51,328 nt of DNA. It comes from Candidatus Epulonipiscium sp. Lineage in GTDB: Bacteria; Bacillota; Clostridia; Lachnospirales; Anaerotignaceae. The notes under the pieces were generated by a model. The model worked only from the letters and a program-made list of their open reading frames with translations, was not told the origin of the DNA and searched no databases. A program made the translations under genes and the position numbers. Where the stretch lies: the NCBI GenBank assembly GCA_012519385.1, contig JAAYQI010000126.1:1-51328 (forward strand), given 5' to 3'. Below are positions 1 to 8,908 of this stretch, piece by piece (the stretch's first letter is position 1; each line of letters begins with the position of its first letter).

Positions 1-370
1 CACCGATGGTAACTTCTTTCCCTGTTTCATGCATCATACTTTCTCTCAAATATTTTGCCTTCACAGCCAATTCCTTGAGAGGCCTACTTACTTTAATCAT
101 ACCATCATCCCGCAAAAAGCGCTTTATTTCTCCCATAATCATTGGAACCGCATAGGTGGAAAATTTCACCTCATAGGAAACATCAAATTTGTCAACGCAT
201 TTTAAAAGTCCAATGGAACCTATTTGATATAAGTCCTCTAAGTCATATCCTCGTCCACGAAATCGACGAACAATACTCCAAATCAAACCGGAATTTTCAG
301 ATATCAGTGTTTCTTTCGCATCCATACTTCCTTGTTGTGCTTCCAAAATCAACTGCTGAGTTCGTTCCAC
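1..370 (-). CDS. sigF: Sporulation sigma factor F, N-terminal part (3' end runs off the window)
   Basis: Absent from the ORF track because it is truncated. Reverse-strand reading from GTG at 370-368 gives VERTQQLILEAQQGSMDAKETLISENSGLIWSIVRRFRGRGYDLEDLYQIGSIGLLKCVDKFD..FSTYAVPMIMGEIKRFLRDDG (sigma-70 region 2). It follows spoIIAA-spoIIAB as in the canonical spoIIA operon, with a GGTGA RBS just upstream. Confidence 0.85.
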   Translation of the reverse strand, partial: MERTQQLILEAQQGSMDAKETLISENSGLIWSIVRRFRGRGYDLEDLYQIGSIGLLKCVDKFDVSYEVKFSTYAVPMIMGEIKRFLRDDGMIKVSRPLKELAVKAKYLRESMMHETGKEVTIG

Positions 371-381
371 GGCTCATCACC

Positions 382-819
382 TCACAAATCCGAATCGCAT
401 TTGATTTTTTTTGTCATTCGTACTTTTGTTCCTATGCCTAACTGGCTTTCTACATTCAATTCGTCCATAAATGTTTCCATAACCGTAAAGCCCATGCCTG
501 AGCGTTCCATTTCTGGTTTTGAGGTATACAAAGGCTGCCTTGCCTGCATAATATCCTCAATTCCTCTTCCGTTATCCCTTACTTCTATGTAAACGATATC
601 TCCACAATAACCGCAAAATACTTCTACAATATCTTCTTTTTGATCATAGCCATGGATAATGGCATTTGTGACTGCTTCTGATACTGCTGTTTTAATATCT
701 GCAATTTCTGAAACTGTTGGATTTAATTGGGAAACAAAAGCTGCTACCGCAACACGGGCAAAGGCCTCATTTTGAGATTTTGATGCAATTTGCAGTGTCA
801 TTTCATTGTCATATTTCAT
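382..819 (-). CDS. spoIIAB: Anti-sigma F factor (serine protein kinase)
   Basis: 145-aa ORF with GHKL kinase boxes ([29 protein letters not shown]). It overlaps the upstream STAS gene by 11 nt and is followed by sigF. Confidence 0.9.
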   Translation of the reverse strand: MKYDNEMTLQIASKSQNEAFARVAVAAFVSQLNPTVSEIADIKTAVSEAVTNAIIHGYDQKEDIVEVFCGYCGDIVYIEVRDNGRGIEDIMQARQPLYTSKPEMERSGMGFTVMETFMDELNVESQLGIGTKVRMTKKIKCDSDL

Positions 820-1171
820 TTAAAAATCCCTCCTGATTCGTATATTTCAATGCCTCTCCAATGGTATCATAGCATGGAATCAGCTGAAATAATGCGGATA
901 ACTGAAAAATTTGTTTTACTTTTTCATTGCGGCAAACAATGGCGGTTCTTCCTCCTTGTGCCAGTGTATATTTATATCGCCCAATTACCATTCCAATCCC
1001 AGAACTATCCATAAATGTGACATCAGAAAAATCAAATATAATACTTTTTCCTTGAAACTTGTCCAATTCCTTTTCTATCTTCTCTCTACATTCTTCTGCG
1101 ATATGGTGGTCTACCTCTGCGCTTATAGAAACTATTAACGTTAGCTCTTTTTTTTGAAATTTCATTTTCAT
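809..1171 (-). CDS. spoIIAA: Anti-sigma F factor antagonist (STAS domain)
   Basis: STAS-type sequence with [12 protein letters not shown]. Start placed at ATG 1171 (AGGAGG 6 nt upstream) instead of the GTG at 1189 used by the ORF track. Confidence 0.85.
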   Translation of the reverse strand: MKMKFQKKELTLIVSISAEVDHHIAEECREKIEKELDKFQGKSIIFDFSDVTFMDSSGIGMVIGRYKYTLAQGGRTAIVCRNEKVKQIFQLSALFQLIPCYDTIGEALKYTNQEGFLNEI

Positions 1172-1319
1172 ATCTTTCCTCCTCAGCACAACCTTTTTGG
1201 TACAATCTCTTTTAAATATACACTATTTTGCTTGTAAATTCTTAATTTTCTATCGTCAAATTACTATAAAATCCTGCAAAATATCATGTAGGGCTCAATT
1301 TCTGAAAAATACATACAAT

Positions 1320-1358
1320 AAAAAAGAGGAAAGATACATCATCTTCCCTCTTTTTTTT
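1320..1358 (-). terminator. Intrinsic terminator after P-type ATPase 1 (bidirectional-looking)
   Basis: Hairpin gaggaaagat/atcttccctc (9 of 10 pairs, 5-nt loop), flanked by an A-run and a T-run, about 20 nt downstream of the ATPase stop at 1378. Confidence 0.6.
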
Positions 1359-1377
1359 GTGTGAATTTTTTGCTAAC

Positions 1378-3987
1378 TTATTTATTTTTTCTGAAAATAG
1401 ATAGTGCGTGTTTAATTATTTGAATTTCAAATAGATTGAGTAAAGAGCAGAGGTAGATAATCATTAACTGATAGGTGCTTACCATTTCCACTCTAAAAAA
1501 TGGTGCAAATGCAGGTACCAAAAGCACAGCATTGAGAAGCACAAATCCTAGCACAAACGCAGCATTTAAGTAATGATTATTCCACATTTCTCTAGAAAAA
1601 AGAATTGCCTTTTCCGACTTGGAGTTATACCCATGCACCAAGCGAGACAAACACAGTGTTGCAAAAGCCATTGTGCTTGCCATCTGAGGGCTAAAACGTA
1701 ACCCAAAGTAGTACGCAATCATAGTATTGATCGCAATGATAAGTCCCTGCCACAAAATATTACTCATAAAATCTTTTGTCATAATACCTTCGTCTTTTGC
1801 TCTGGGTTTTGCTTTCATAACTTCACTGGTATGGTTATCCAATCCCAAAGCAATAGCTGGTAAGCTATCTGTTAAAAGATTTATAAAAAGTAAATGCACC
1901 GGCGCAAAGGGAGTAGCAAGGCCTACCAATCCGGCATAGACTACTGCCAATATACCTGCTGTATTACCAGAAAGTAAAAATTGTATGGATTTTTTAATAT
2001 TATTATATACATTTCGTCCTGTTTCAATGGCTTTTACAATGGTGGCGAAGTTATCATCTGTTAATACCATAGAAGCAGCATCCTTAGCAACCTCTGTACC
2101 TGTGATACCCATTGCAACACCCACATCCGCTTGTTTTAGTGCAGGTGCATCATTCACGCCATCACCTGTCATAGATACAATATTCCCCTTATCCTGCCAA
2201 GCTCTTACGATTCTAATTTTATGCTCTGGAGATACTCTAGCATACACTGCTACCTGTTCTACTGTATTTTTTAGTTCTTCATCGGACATAGCTTCTAATT
2301 CCATACCATCCATTGCTTTATAGCCATCCTTCATAATACCGATTTCTTTTGCTATTGCTGTTGCGGTTATTTTATGATCACCCGTAATCATAATAGGACG
2401 AATGCCCGCTTGGATACAGGTTTCTACCGCCAGCTTGGATTCAGGTCTTGGAGGGTCCATCATGGCAATCAAGCCCAAAAAGGTCAGGTTATTTTCATCA
2501 TCCACACCGATAGAGGCTGTATCTGTTTCTTTTCTGGCAAAAGCCAATACTCGAAGCCCGCTTGAGGAAAAAATATGGTTCGCTTCTTCAATTTTTACCA
2601 TATCTTCTTTTGTAATTTCTTTTATGCCATCTTTGGTTTCAATCTGCGTAACTCGGTTTAAAAGAACATCCACCGCACCTTTTACTACCATATAAATACG
2701 ATTGTTTTTTTCAAAGGCAACTGACATTAGCTTTCTATCGGAATCAAACGGAACCTCACCCAAACGCTGATACTGCTTACGTGCTTCTTCCCAAGATAAA
2801 TCATGGTTTTGTGCAAATTGTATTAATGCAATTTCTGTTGGGTCACCAATTTCGGTTCCATCCTTGTATGTGGCATCATTGCAAAGTACTCCTGCCAGCA
2901 TCAATTCGTTTAAAAGGGAGTCCTCACTTGTAACATCTTCATCCTCAATGATTTTTTCGTTAACAAAGCATTTTTGTACAACCATTTTATTTTGAGTTAA
3001 AGTACCTGTTTTATCGGAACAAACAATGGATACACTGCCTAGCCCTTCTACAGCTTGGAGCTTTCTAATAATTGCATTTTCTTTTACCATTTTTTGTGTA
3101 CTAAAAGCCAACACAATGGTAACAATAGAGCTTAATGCCTCAGGAATTGCCGCAACTGCTAAAGCTACTGCAAACAAAAAGGCATTCATAACAGATTCGC
3201 CTCTAAAAATACTCATAGCAAAGAGTGCGGCACAAATTAATAGAATCACTACAGCAAGCTTTTTTCCAAAATCATCCAGGCTAACCTGCAAAGGAGTCTT
3301 TTTATTTTTTGCTTCTCTTAATAATGTTGCAATGTTTCCCACTTCGGTTTGCATTCCTGTAGCAGTTACAAGAAAACTACCTCGCCCATATGTGACAAAG
3401 CTACCAGAAAACACCATGTTTTTTCTATCCCCTATCTGTACCTCCTGTGTAATGATGGTGTCTTCTTTTTCTGCACTGATGCTCTCCCCTGTTAGGGCAC
3501 TTTCATTAATTTTTAAGCTGGCGTTTTCTATAATTCTTCCATCGGCACAAACATAATCTCCTGCCTCTAACAAAACAATATCTCCCACCACTACTTCTTT
3601 TGATGGGATAACGCAAACAGTATTGTCACGCAATACTTTAGCGTTAGGCATGGATAATTCCTTTAGGCTGTTTAAAGAAAGTTCCGCCTTAATTTGCTGC
3701 ACAGTACCCAGGATAGCATTGATACAAATTACAACAAAAATTACAACAGCACTTTCCACATCCCCTAAAAAACCAGAAATAATTGCTGCTACAACTAAAA
3801 TCAGAACTAAAAAATCTTGAAATTGTTCAAAAAACATTGAAAGTAAACTTTTTTTCTTTTCCCCTTCCAATTCATTATAGCCGTATTCTTCTCGCCTTCT
3901 TTGTGCCTCTTGCATACTGATTCCAGTGGAACTGCTATTAAAACGAGAAAATATCGTTTCCTTTGTTTCTTGATACCATTTACTCAT
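1378..3987 (-). CDS. P-type cation-transporting ATPase, type IIA (Ca2+/Mn2+-ATPase-like)
   Basis: Motifs TGES, CSDKTGTLTQN, MITGDH and MTGDGVNDAPALK, with a 10-TM layout. Start moved to ATG 3987 (GGAGGT upstream, MSKWYQ..). The TM4 motif reads IPEALSS rather than the usual IPEGLPA. Confidence 0.9.
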   Translation of the reverse strand: MSKWYQETKETIFSRFNSSSTGISMQEAQRRREEYGYNELEGEKKKSLLSMFFEQFQDFLVLILVVAAIISGFLGDVESAVVIFVVICINAILGTVQQIKAELSLNSLKELSMPNAKVLRDNTVCVIPSKEVVVGDIVLLEAGDYVCADGRIIENASLKINESALTGESISAEKEDTIITQEVQIGDRKNMVFSGSFVTYGRGSFLVTATGMQTEVGNIATLLREAKNKKTPLQVSLDDFGKKLAVVILLICAALFAMSIFRGESVMNAFLFAVALAVAAIPEALSSIVTIVLAFSTQKMVKENAIIRKLQAVEGLGSVSIVCSDKTGTLTQNKMVVQKCFVNEKIIEDEDVTSEDSLLNELMLAGVLCNDATYKDGTEIGDPTEIALIQFAQNHDLSWEEARKQYQRLGEVPFDSDRKLMSVAFEKNNRIYMVVKGAVDVLLNRVTQIETKDGIKEITKEDMVKIEEANHIFSSSGLRVLAFARKETDTASIGVDDENNLTFLGLIAMMDPPRPESKLAVETCIQAGIRPIMITGDHKITATAIAKEIGIMKDGYKAMDGMELEAMSDEELKNTVEQVAVYARVSPEHKIRIVRAWQDKGNIVSMTGDGVNDAPALKQADVGVAMGITGTEVAKDAASMVLTDDNFATIVKAIETGRNVYNNIKKSIQFLLSGNTAGILAVVYAGLVGLATPFAPVHLLFINLLTDSLPAIALGLDNHTSEVMKAKPRAKDEGIMTKDFMSNILWQGLIIAINTMIAYYFGLRFSPQMASTMAFATLCLSRLVHGYNSKSEKAILFSREMWNNHYLNAAFVLGFVLLNAVLLVPAFAPFFRVEMVSTYQLMIIYLCSLLNLFEIQIIKHALSIFRKNK

Positions 3988-4063
3988 ACAATCTACCTCC
4001 ATGTGATTGATATTTAGTTTACCCCTATTTGCGTTTTTCACTATGCAATATCTCATTTTTACA

Positions 4064-4114
4064 ATAAAAAAAGCGAGGCCTTTTGTTGCAAGTTAATACA
4101 ACAAAAGTCTCGCT
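4064..4114 (-). terminator. Intrinsic terminator acting as expression platform of the leader below
   Basis: Minus strand agcgagacttttgttg-tattaacttg-caacaaaaggcctcgct followed by TTTTTTT. It lies about 75 nt upstream of the ATPase start codon, and its 5' arm overlaps the 3' strand of the putative aptamer. Confidence 0.75.
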
Positions 4115-4197
4115 GCTACGTTACGTACCGGATTTTTAAAAAAATCGTACTGACGATACTGTAAACATCAAACTGATGCCAACTACTCCCTTTTATA
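4102..4197 (-). promoter_or_regulatory. yybP-ykoY (Mn2+) riboswitch-like aptamer in the 5' leader of P-type ATPase 1
   Basis: The minus-strand RNA starts AUAAAAGGGAGUAGUUGG (class hallmark AAAGGGGAGUAG). An internal UCGUCAGUACG resembles the conserved UCGUCAAUUCG loop, and ..AAAUCCGG.. follows it. The 3' end is GUAGCAGCGAGACUUUU (compare UAGCAAGACCUUU). AAAAG pairs with CUUUU as P1.1. Comparison is to the Lactococcus sequence from memory only. Confidence 0.65.
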
Positions 4198-4202
4198 GAA
4201 GC

Positions 4203-4231
4203 ATAATACCAAATTTATAGATAATTGTCAA
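4203..4231 (-). promoter_or_regulatory. Sigma-A type promoter for the riboswitch-ATPase transcript
   Basis: Minus strand TTGACA, 17 nt spacer, TATTAT. The predicted start is just upstream of the AAAAGGGAGUAG element. Confidence 0.65.
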
Positions 4232-4284
4232 TAATTTTTAATATCTTACAAAATATTATTTGAAATTTGTAAATAGCCTGTATT

Positions 4285-5610
4285 TTAGCCAATTCCCTTG
4301 TATATAACACTTAAAACTACGACAAGAGCCGCCAATAATACATAAATATATTTTCCTATAAAGTAAAAAGTATTACTCAAAGGTTTCTTTCGTCCTAAAG
4401 AAAATTCAGGGTCCATTTTTTCCTTACCCAATACCCAATAAATCATCGTTGCACCCATAACTGCACCGAAAGGAACAACATAAATAGTAATCATATCCAT
4501 CCATTTGCCCATATATGGCTCGTATTCTAAGAAAAGGCCTACAAACAAGGCGAATAAGCCTACCAAAAGGACAGATGTGGTTCTTTTCATACGAAGTCTA
4601 CTTTGAGCAGCCTCACTACATACCTCAAACATATTGACTAAGGATGTAATTCCTGCAAATAACACAGATAAGAAGAAAAATATCGAAAATAAGTTGCCCA
4701 TAGGCATTTGGGTAAAAATTTTAGGGATGGTAATAAACATTAACGGTGGACCTGCTGTAGGGTCTAATCCAAAGGCGAATACTGCAGGAATAATTGCAAA
4801 TCCTGCCAATAATGCCGCGATAGTATCCAATAATGCTGTAACACAAGAAGAATGAACGATATCATCATCCTTTTTCAAATAGCTTCCATAGATAATCATA
4901 CCAGAGCCCGTAATAGATAATGAGAAAAATGCTTGCCCCATTGCCATAATCCAAGTTTCTAAACGAAAAAGATGTTCCCAACGGGGAATGAGCAAATATT
5001 TGTACCCTTCAATGGCTCCTGGTAAAAATGCAACTCGTATTGCAAGTATTAAAAAGAGAATAAAAAATGATGGCATCATAATTTTATTCAATTTTTCTAT
5101 TCCTTGTAATATACCTGCACTTAGTGCTACCATTGTAATTACAATCACAGCTACGTGCCAAGGGATACTTCCAAAAGCTCCTGTAATTTGCCCAAAATAC
5201 TCAGATGCCTCTACTTTAAATAGAGAACCTGTGATAGAACCAATTACGAAACGGAGCACCCATCCTACAATAATGGCATAGCCAATGGCAATACCCAAGG
5301 AACCGATTAAAGGAATTGACCCAAGGATTTTACCGCCTCGTATACCCCTTGATTGCAAAGCATATTCATAAGAACCAATAGGTCCTGTGCCTGTTAAACG
5401 CCCCAGTGCAAATTCTCCAGAAAGCCCAACAGCTCCGAATAATGCAATAAAAATGAAATATGGAATTAAAAAAGCTGCTCCTCCATACGTACCTAAGCGA
5501 TATGGAAACATCCATATATTTCCCATACCTACGGCAGAACCTACAGATGCCAAAATAAAACCAATTTTTGTACCAAACTTTTCATATTCTTTTACGGAAG
5601 ATTGTTCCAT
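4285..5610 (-). CDS. Sodium-dependent transporter, NSS/SNF family
   Basis: 441 aa, polytopic, with the N-terminal signature GSAVGMGNIWMFPY typical of neurotransmitter:sodium symporter homologs. Confidence 0.85.
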   Translation of the reverse strand: MEQSSVKEYEKFGTKIGFILASVGSAVGMGNIWMFPYRLGTYGGAAFLIPYFIFIALFGAVGLSGEFALGRLTGTGPIGSYEYALQSRGIRGGKILGSIPLIGSLGIAIGYAIIVGWVLRFVIGSITGSLFKVEASEYFGQITGAFGSIPWHVAVIVITMVALSAGILQGIEKLNKIMMPSFFILFLILAIRVAFLPGAIEGYKYLLIPRWEHLFRLETWIMAMGQAFFSLSITGSGMIIYGSYLKKDDDIVHSSCVTALLDTIAALLAGFAIIPAVFAFGLDPTAGPPLMFITIPKIFTQMPMGNLFSIFFFLSVLFAGITSLVNMFEVCSEAAQSRLRMKRTTSVLLVGLFALFVGLFLEYEPYMGKWMDMITIYVVPFGAVMGATMIYWVLGKEKMDPEFSLGRKKPLSNTFYFIGKYIYVLLAALVVVLSVIYKGIG

Positions 5611-5844
5611 AGTAACACCTCATTTTATTTTTATACTTTAAACTGTAACAGTTTAAAGCGAGATAACCTCGTTTATTGTATCTTATTTTATTTGTGCTGA
5701 CAATGTGGAAACCATACTATTTTTTTGTTTTAAAATCTGACATTTTTACGCATTGTTCGCTTAAATATACATAGTTATAAAAAACACAGCATATTTACCA
5801 TATATTTAAGCAAATAGGATAAAATATATGGGTATTTGTATAAA

Positions 5845-5878
5845 TAAAAAACACCCAAAAACAAATTCTTGGGTGTGG
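5845..5878 (-). terminator. Intrinsic terminator after proC
   Basis: Minus strand cacccaa-gaatttgttt-ttgggtg followed by TTTTTT, about 50 nt after the proC stop. Confidence 0.7.
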
Positions 5879-5925
5879 ATTATTGATAAATGAACACAAA
5901 TTTAAGTTCTATTTTCAATCGTAAT

Positions 5926-6726
5926 TTACATAGATTTATTTTTTTCGGCTGCAACACGCACAGCATTCATAACCGCAGCACGAAATCCCTGTTCTTCCAG
6001 TGCTTTTACCGCTTCAATGGTAGTGCCGCCAGGAGAGCAAACCATATCTTTTAATTCACCAGGATGTTTTTTGGTTTCTAGCACCATTTTAGCAGAGCCA
6101 TATACCGCTTGCGCCGCAAAGGTATATGCTTGGTCTCGAGGAAGCCCCTCAAGCACTGCTCCATCCGCTAAGGCCTCAATAAACATATACACGTATGCAG
6201 GAGAAGAACCACTGACTCCCACCACTGCATCCATAAATTTCTCTGGAATGAGTTCTGCTTTTCCAAAACTGCTAAATATAGAAAGCACTGTTTCTTTTTC
6301 TTCTGCTGAAAGATTTTCATTGCAACATATGCCGGACATTCCCTCAGCCACCAAAGCAGGCGTATTGGGCATTACTCGAATTAGCTTATGCTGCGGTGAT
6401 AATAACTCTTTTAATTGCTGTAATGTAATGCCAGCAGCAATGGAAACCACTAGTGTATCTATTGAAATTTTATGTGCTATTGCCTTCAGTACCGATGGTA
6501 ACACATTTGGTTTTACCGATAAAATAATTATCTGGGAATTTTCTGCTACATAAGTCATATCATTACTTGTTTGTAATCCCAGTTCACTGCTTAATTTGTC
6601 TAATGTAGGTTGATGTACATCATATACCAGTATATCACTTGGTTGGTATAGGCCTGTTTTTATCAGCCCTCCCATGATTGCTCTACCCATATTTCCGCCG
6701 CCAAAAAAACCAATGGTATTTTTCAT
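5926..6726 (-). CDS. proC: Pyrroline-5-carboxylate reductase
   Basis: Rossmann N-terminus IGFFGGGNMGRAIMGG and C-terminal SPGGTT motif. Start moved to ATG 6726 (MKNTIGFFGGG, GAAGGA upstream). Confidence 0.9.
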   Translation of the reverse strand: MKNTIGFFGGGNMGRAIMGGLIKTGLYQPSDILVYDVHQPTLDKLSSELGLQTSNDMTYVAENSQIIILSVKPNVLPSVLKAIAHKISIDTLVVSIAAGITLQQLKELLSPQHKLIRVMPNTPALVAEGMSGICCNENLSAEEKETVLSIFSSFGKAELIPEKFMDAVVGVSGSSPAYVYMFIEALADGAVLEGLPRDQAYTFAAQAVYGSAKMVLETKKHPGELKDMVCSPGGTTIEAVKALEEQGFRAAVMNAVRVAAEKNKSM

Positions 6727-6830
6727 GAAGCTATCCTTCTTTCTTATGTTATTTATTACCATTATAGTTCAATTAATGTAAAAAGCAAATCCTATTCCTA
6801 TTTCCGCCACATTGCATAGAGGCAAATATG

Positions 6831-7547
6831 TCACGAAAAGCTTTTTATTTTATCACAATAAAATGTAACCAGCGGATGGATTTCAGGATTTTCCAGTTCC
6901 TTTTTTCCAACTTCCGAAAGGGTATAACACCCCTTCGATACCTTTTGGTACCATCCATACACATTGGTGTAAAGCATACGAATCTGCTTTTCGGGAATAC
7001 CTAAGCTACGCAGTTCTTTGTAGGAAATGGCACCTTTTTTCTTCAAGATACAAGCTAGTTCGATAGATTTTTCACGGTAGGCAGTTATGATTTTTGTTCT
7101 GCTAACCCCTCCCACATTGTAATCACCGCTTCTTCCTTGCATCTCCTCCAATAAGCGATGCTGTTTTATCCCATGTTTTTTGGAAATAGCCGTACTGGGA
7201 GAAAATATCTTCTCAACCATCAAAAGAGGACTATCCATAGCAACTGTGATAAGACCAATATCCAGCTTTTTTAAAAGTTTTATCATGCTGTGCCATTCTT
7301 TTGTATTTTGTCCTTTCTTAGGTCGTGGAATAGCAACGTAAACTTCATCGGCTCTGGATTGCCTCTCCATGGCTTGATAAACTAACTTTAGGGAAAATGC
7401 TTTTTTTAATTCAATTACTATGATATAACCATCTCTTTCCGCTGCAATATCGCAGTGGTTCACTTCTGCTTGAACATGAAAACCTTGTTCTTTCAGATAG
7501 GCCTGTATTGGCTCATACATCATTGCTTCTGTAAACTTTAGTTCCAT
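6831..7547 (-). CDS. Conserved hypothetical protein: N-terminal PD-(D/E)XK nuclease-like module plus C-terminal winged-helix-like part (DUF2161-like, from memory)
   Basis: The pattern CDIAAERDGYIIVIELKKAF..VYQAMERQ fits a D..ExK nuclease core. Start placed at ATG 7547 (AAAGGA 7 nt upstream), which overlaps the peptidase gene end by 35 nt. The ORF-track start at 7577 is TTG. Confidence 0.6.
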   Translation of the reverse strand: MELKFTEAMMYEPIQAYLKEQGFHVQAEVNHCDIAAERDGYIIVIELKKAFSLKLVYQAMERQSRADEVYVAIPRPKKGQNTKEWHSMIKLLKKLDIGLITVAMDSPLLMVEKIFSPSTAISKKHGIKQHRLLEEMQGRSGDYNVGGVSRTKIITAYREKSIELACILKKKGAISYKELRSLGIPEKQIRMLYTNVYGWYQKVSKGCYTLSEVGKKELENPEIHPLVTFYCDKIKSFS

Positions 7548-8799
7548 AGCTTCGTCCTTTTGCCATAAATGCTTCAATTTCTTCTACGGTTTTTATCATA
7601 TTTTCGGAAAGCACTTGGTGTCCGCCCTCTGTTACCAAAACATCATCTTCAATACGAATTCCGATTTCCCATTCTTCAATATAAAGCCCTGGCTCTACCG
7701 TTAAAACCATACCAGGTTTTAATGTATTTGTCATATAGCGGCCAATATCATGGGTTTCCGCACCCAAATAATGGCTCACTCCATGATAGTAATAACGAGC
7801 CACTTCTTCTTTTGTGGTAACCAAGCCTATTTTTTTTAACGCAACAAAATAATGCTCCTTTAAAATTTCGTTTAAATCTGCAAAGGGTACATCAGGTGCT
7901 ATAGCGTCAATAACCTGCTTTTGGCCTTCTAATACAATATTATATACTTGCTTTTGGCGTTCTGTAAATTTTCCATTCACAGGGAAGGTTCTAGTAATAT
8001 CTCCATTATACCAATCCACCTGTGCCCCCACGTCTACCAAGATTAAATCTCCATCCTTGGTTTTGCTGTTATTTTTTGCATAGTGAAGAATCGTACCATT
8101 TTTTCCTGAAGCCGCAATGGTTTCAAAAGCCTTCTGCCGAACACCGTTTTTCTTTAAAACAAAATCAAAATATGCTTCGATTTCATATTCCATCATTCCC
8201 GCACGAGCATGAGCCATCATTTCCTTGATACCCATGCAAGTGATATCAATGGCTTTTTGAATACGTTCTATTTCCCAGGTATCTTTTCTTTCTCGTAGAG
8301 AAGAAAACAATGGATAACTGTTGAGAATATGAATTGCTGGGTATTTATCTCTTACTTCCTTAGCAAATTGTAATGAAGGAGACAGAGCCGCAGACCAATC
8401 CCGATATTCTAAATCTAAATAAATAGTTTCTGCATTATTGCGGAAAATATAGGTAGAAAGTGCTTCTTCAAATTCATCTAAATACCCTATGGTCTCAATC
8501 CCCGATATCTCTCGTGCTTCTTCTTCTTTCATAGTAGCACCTACCCACTTCGCCATGGGGCCGTTATCTCTTTCAATATATAATGTTTCTGTGATTGTTT
8601 CTTGCGTTCTTCCCAAAAACAATATGCATTTTTCACGCTCAATGCCCGTTAAATAATAAAAGTTTCTATCGGGAGAAAACACATATTGTTCGTCCCCTCT
8701 TTTATAGGGAGCTTGACCCATAAATAAAATCGCAATAAAGTCACCTTTTATAAGTTGAAAAAACTTCTTTCTGTTGTTTTTAAAAATTTTTTTATCCAT
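7513..8799 (-). CDS. Xaa-Pro aminopeptidase/dipeptidase, M24B family
   Basis: 428 aa with pita-bread metal ligands in context: DVGAQVDWYNGDITRT, HGVSHYLG, TVEPGLY, IRIEDD. Confidence 0.9.
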   Translation of the reverse strand: MDKKIFKNNRKKFFQLIKGDFIAILFMGQAPYKRGDEQYVFSPDRNFYYLTGIEREKCILFLGRTQETITETLYIERDNGPMAKWVGATMKEEEAREISGIETIGYLDEFEEALSTYIFRNNAETIYLDLEYRDWSAALSPSLQFAKEVRDKYPAIHILNSYPLFSSLRERKDTWEIERIQKAIDITCMGIKEMMAHARAGMMEYEIEAYFDFVLKKNGVRQKAFETIAASGKNGTILHYAKNNSKTKDGDLILVDVGAQVDWYNGDITRTFPVNGKFTERQKQVYNIVLEGQKQVIDAIAPDVPFADLNEILKEHYFVALKKIGLVTTKEEVARYYYHGVSHYLGAETHDIGRYMTNTLKPGMVLTVEPGLYIEEWEIGIRIEDDVLVTEGGHQVLSENMIKTVEEIEAFMAKGRSYGTKVYRSNDV

Positions 8800-8826
8800 T
8801 TCGTTCCCTCTTTTCTGTTTTCATCA

Positions 8827-8863
8827 TAAAAGCGGAGAAACCACAAGTCCAAGGTTCTCCGCT
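8827..8863 (-). terminator. Probable intrinsic terminator after P-type ATPase 2
   Basis: Hairpin agcggagaa(acc)..(ggt)ttctccgct with only a short T tract (4 T) on either strand. Confidence 0.45.
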
Positions 8864-8908
8864 TTTAAGTATACCATAATTTTGCAAGAAACTTACATAC
8901 TTTATCAC

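Noticed and set aside
142-592. Plus-strand ORFs 142..441 and 332..592.
   Set aside because: They are antisense to sigF and spoIIAB, whose products carry unmistakable family motifs.
1190-1320. Sigma-H promoter and Spo0A boxes for the spoIIA operon (GCAGGATTTT and TTTGACGAT on the minus strand).
   Set aside because: The -35-like AGGATTT element has no properly spaced GAAT -10 partner, and the 0A-like box is only a partial match. Plausible biologically but not supportable by eye.
3026-3556. 176-aa plus-strand ORF. Similar long antisense ORFs occur at 6017..6553, 9930..10511, 11759..12187, 17548..18003, 20560..21185, 39724..40275 and 43677..44114.
   Set aside because: All lie fully inside well-supported genes on the opposite strand, have low-complexity Ser/Ile/Phe-rich products and lack an RBS. 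They are typical shadow ORFs of AT-rich coding DNA.
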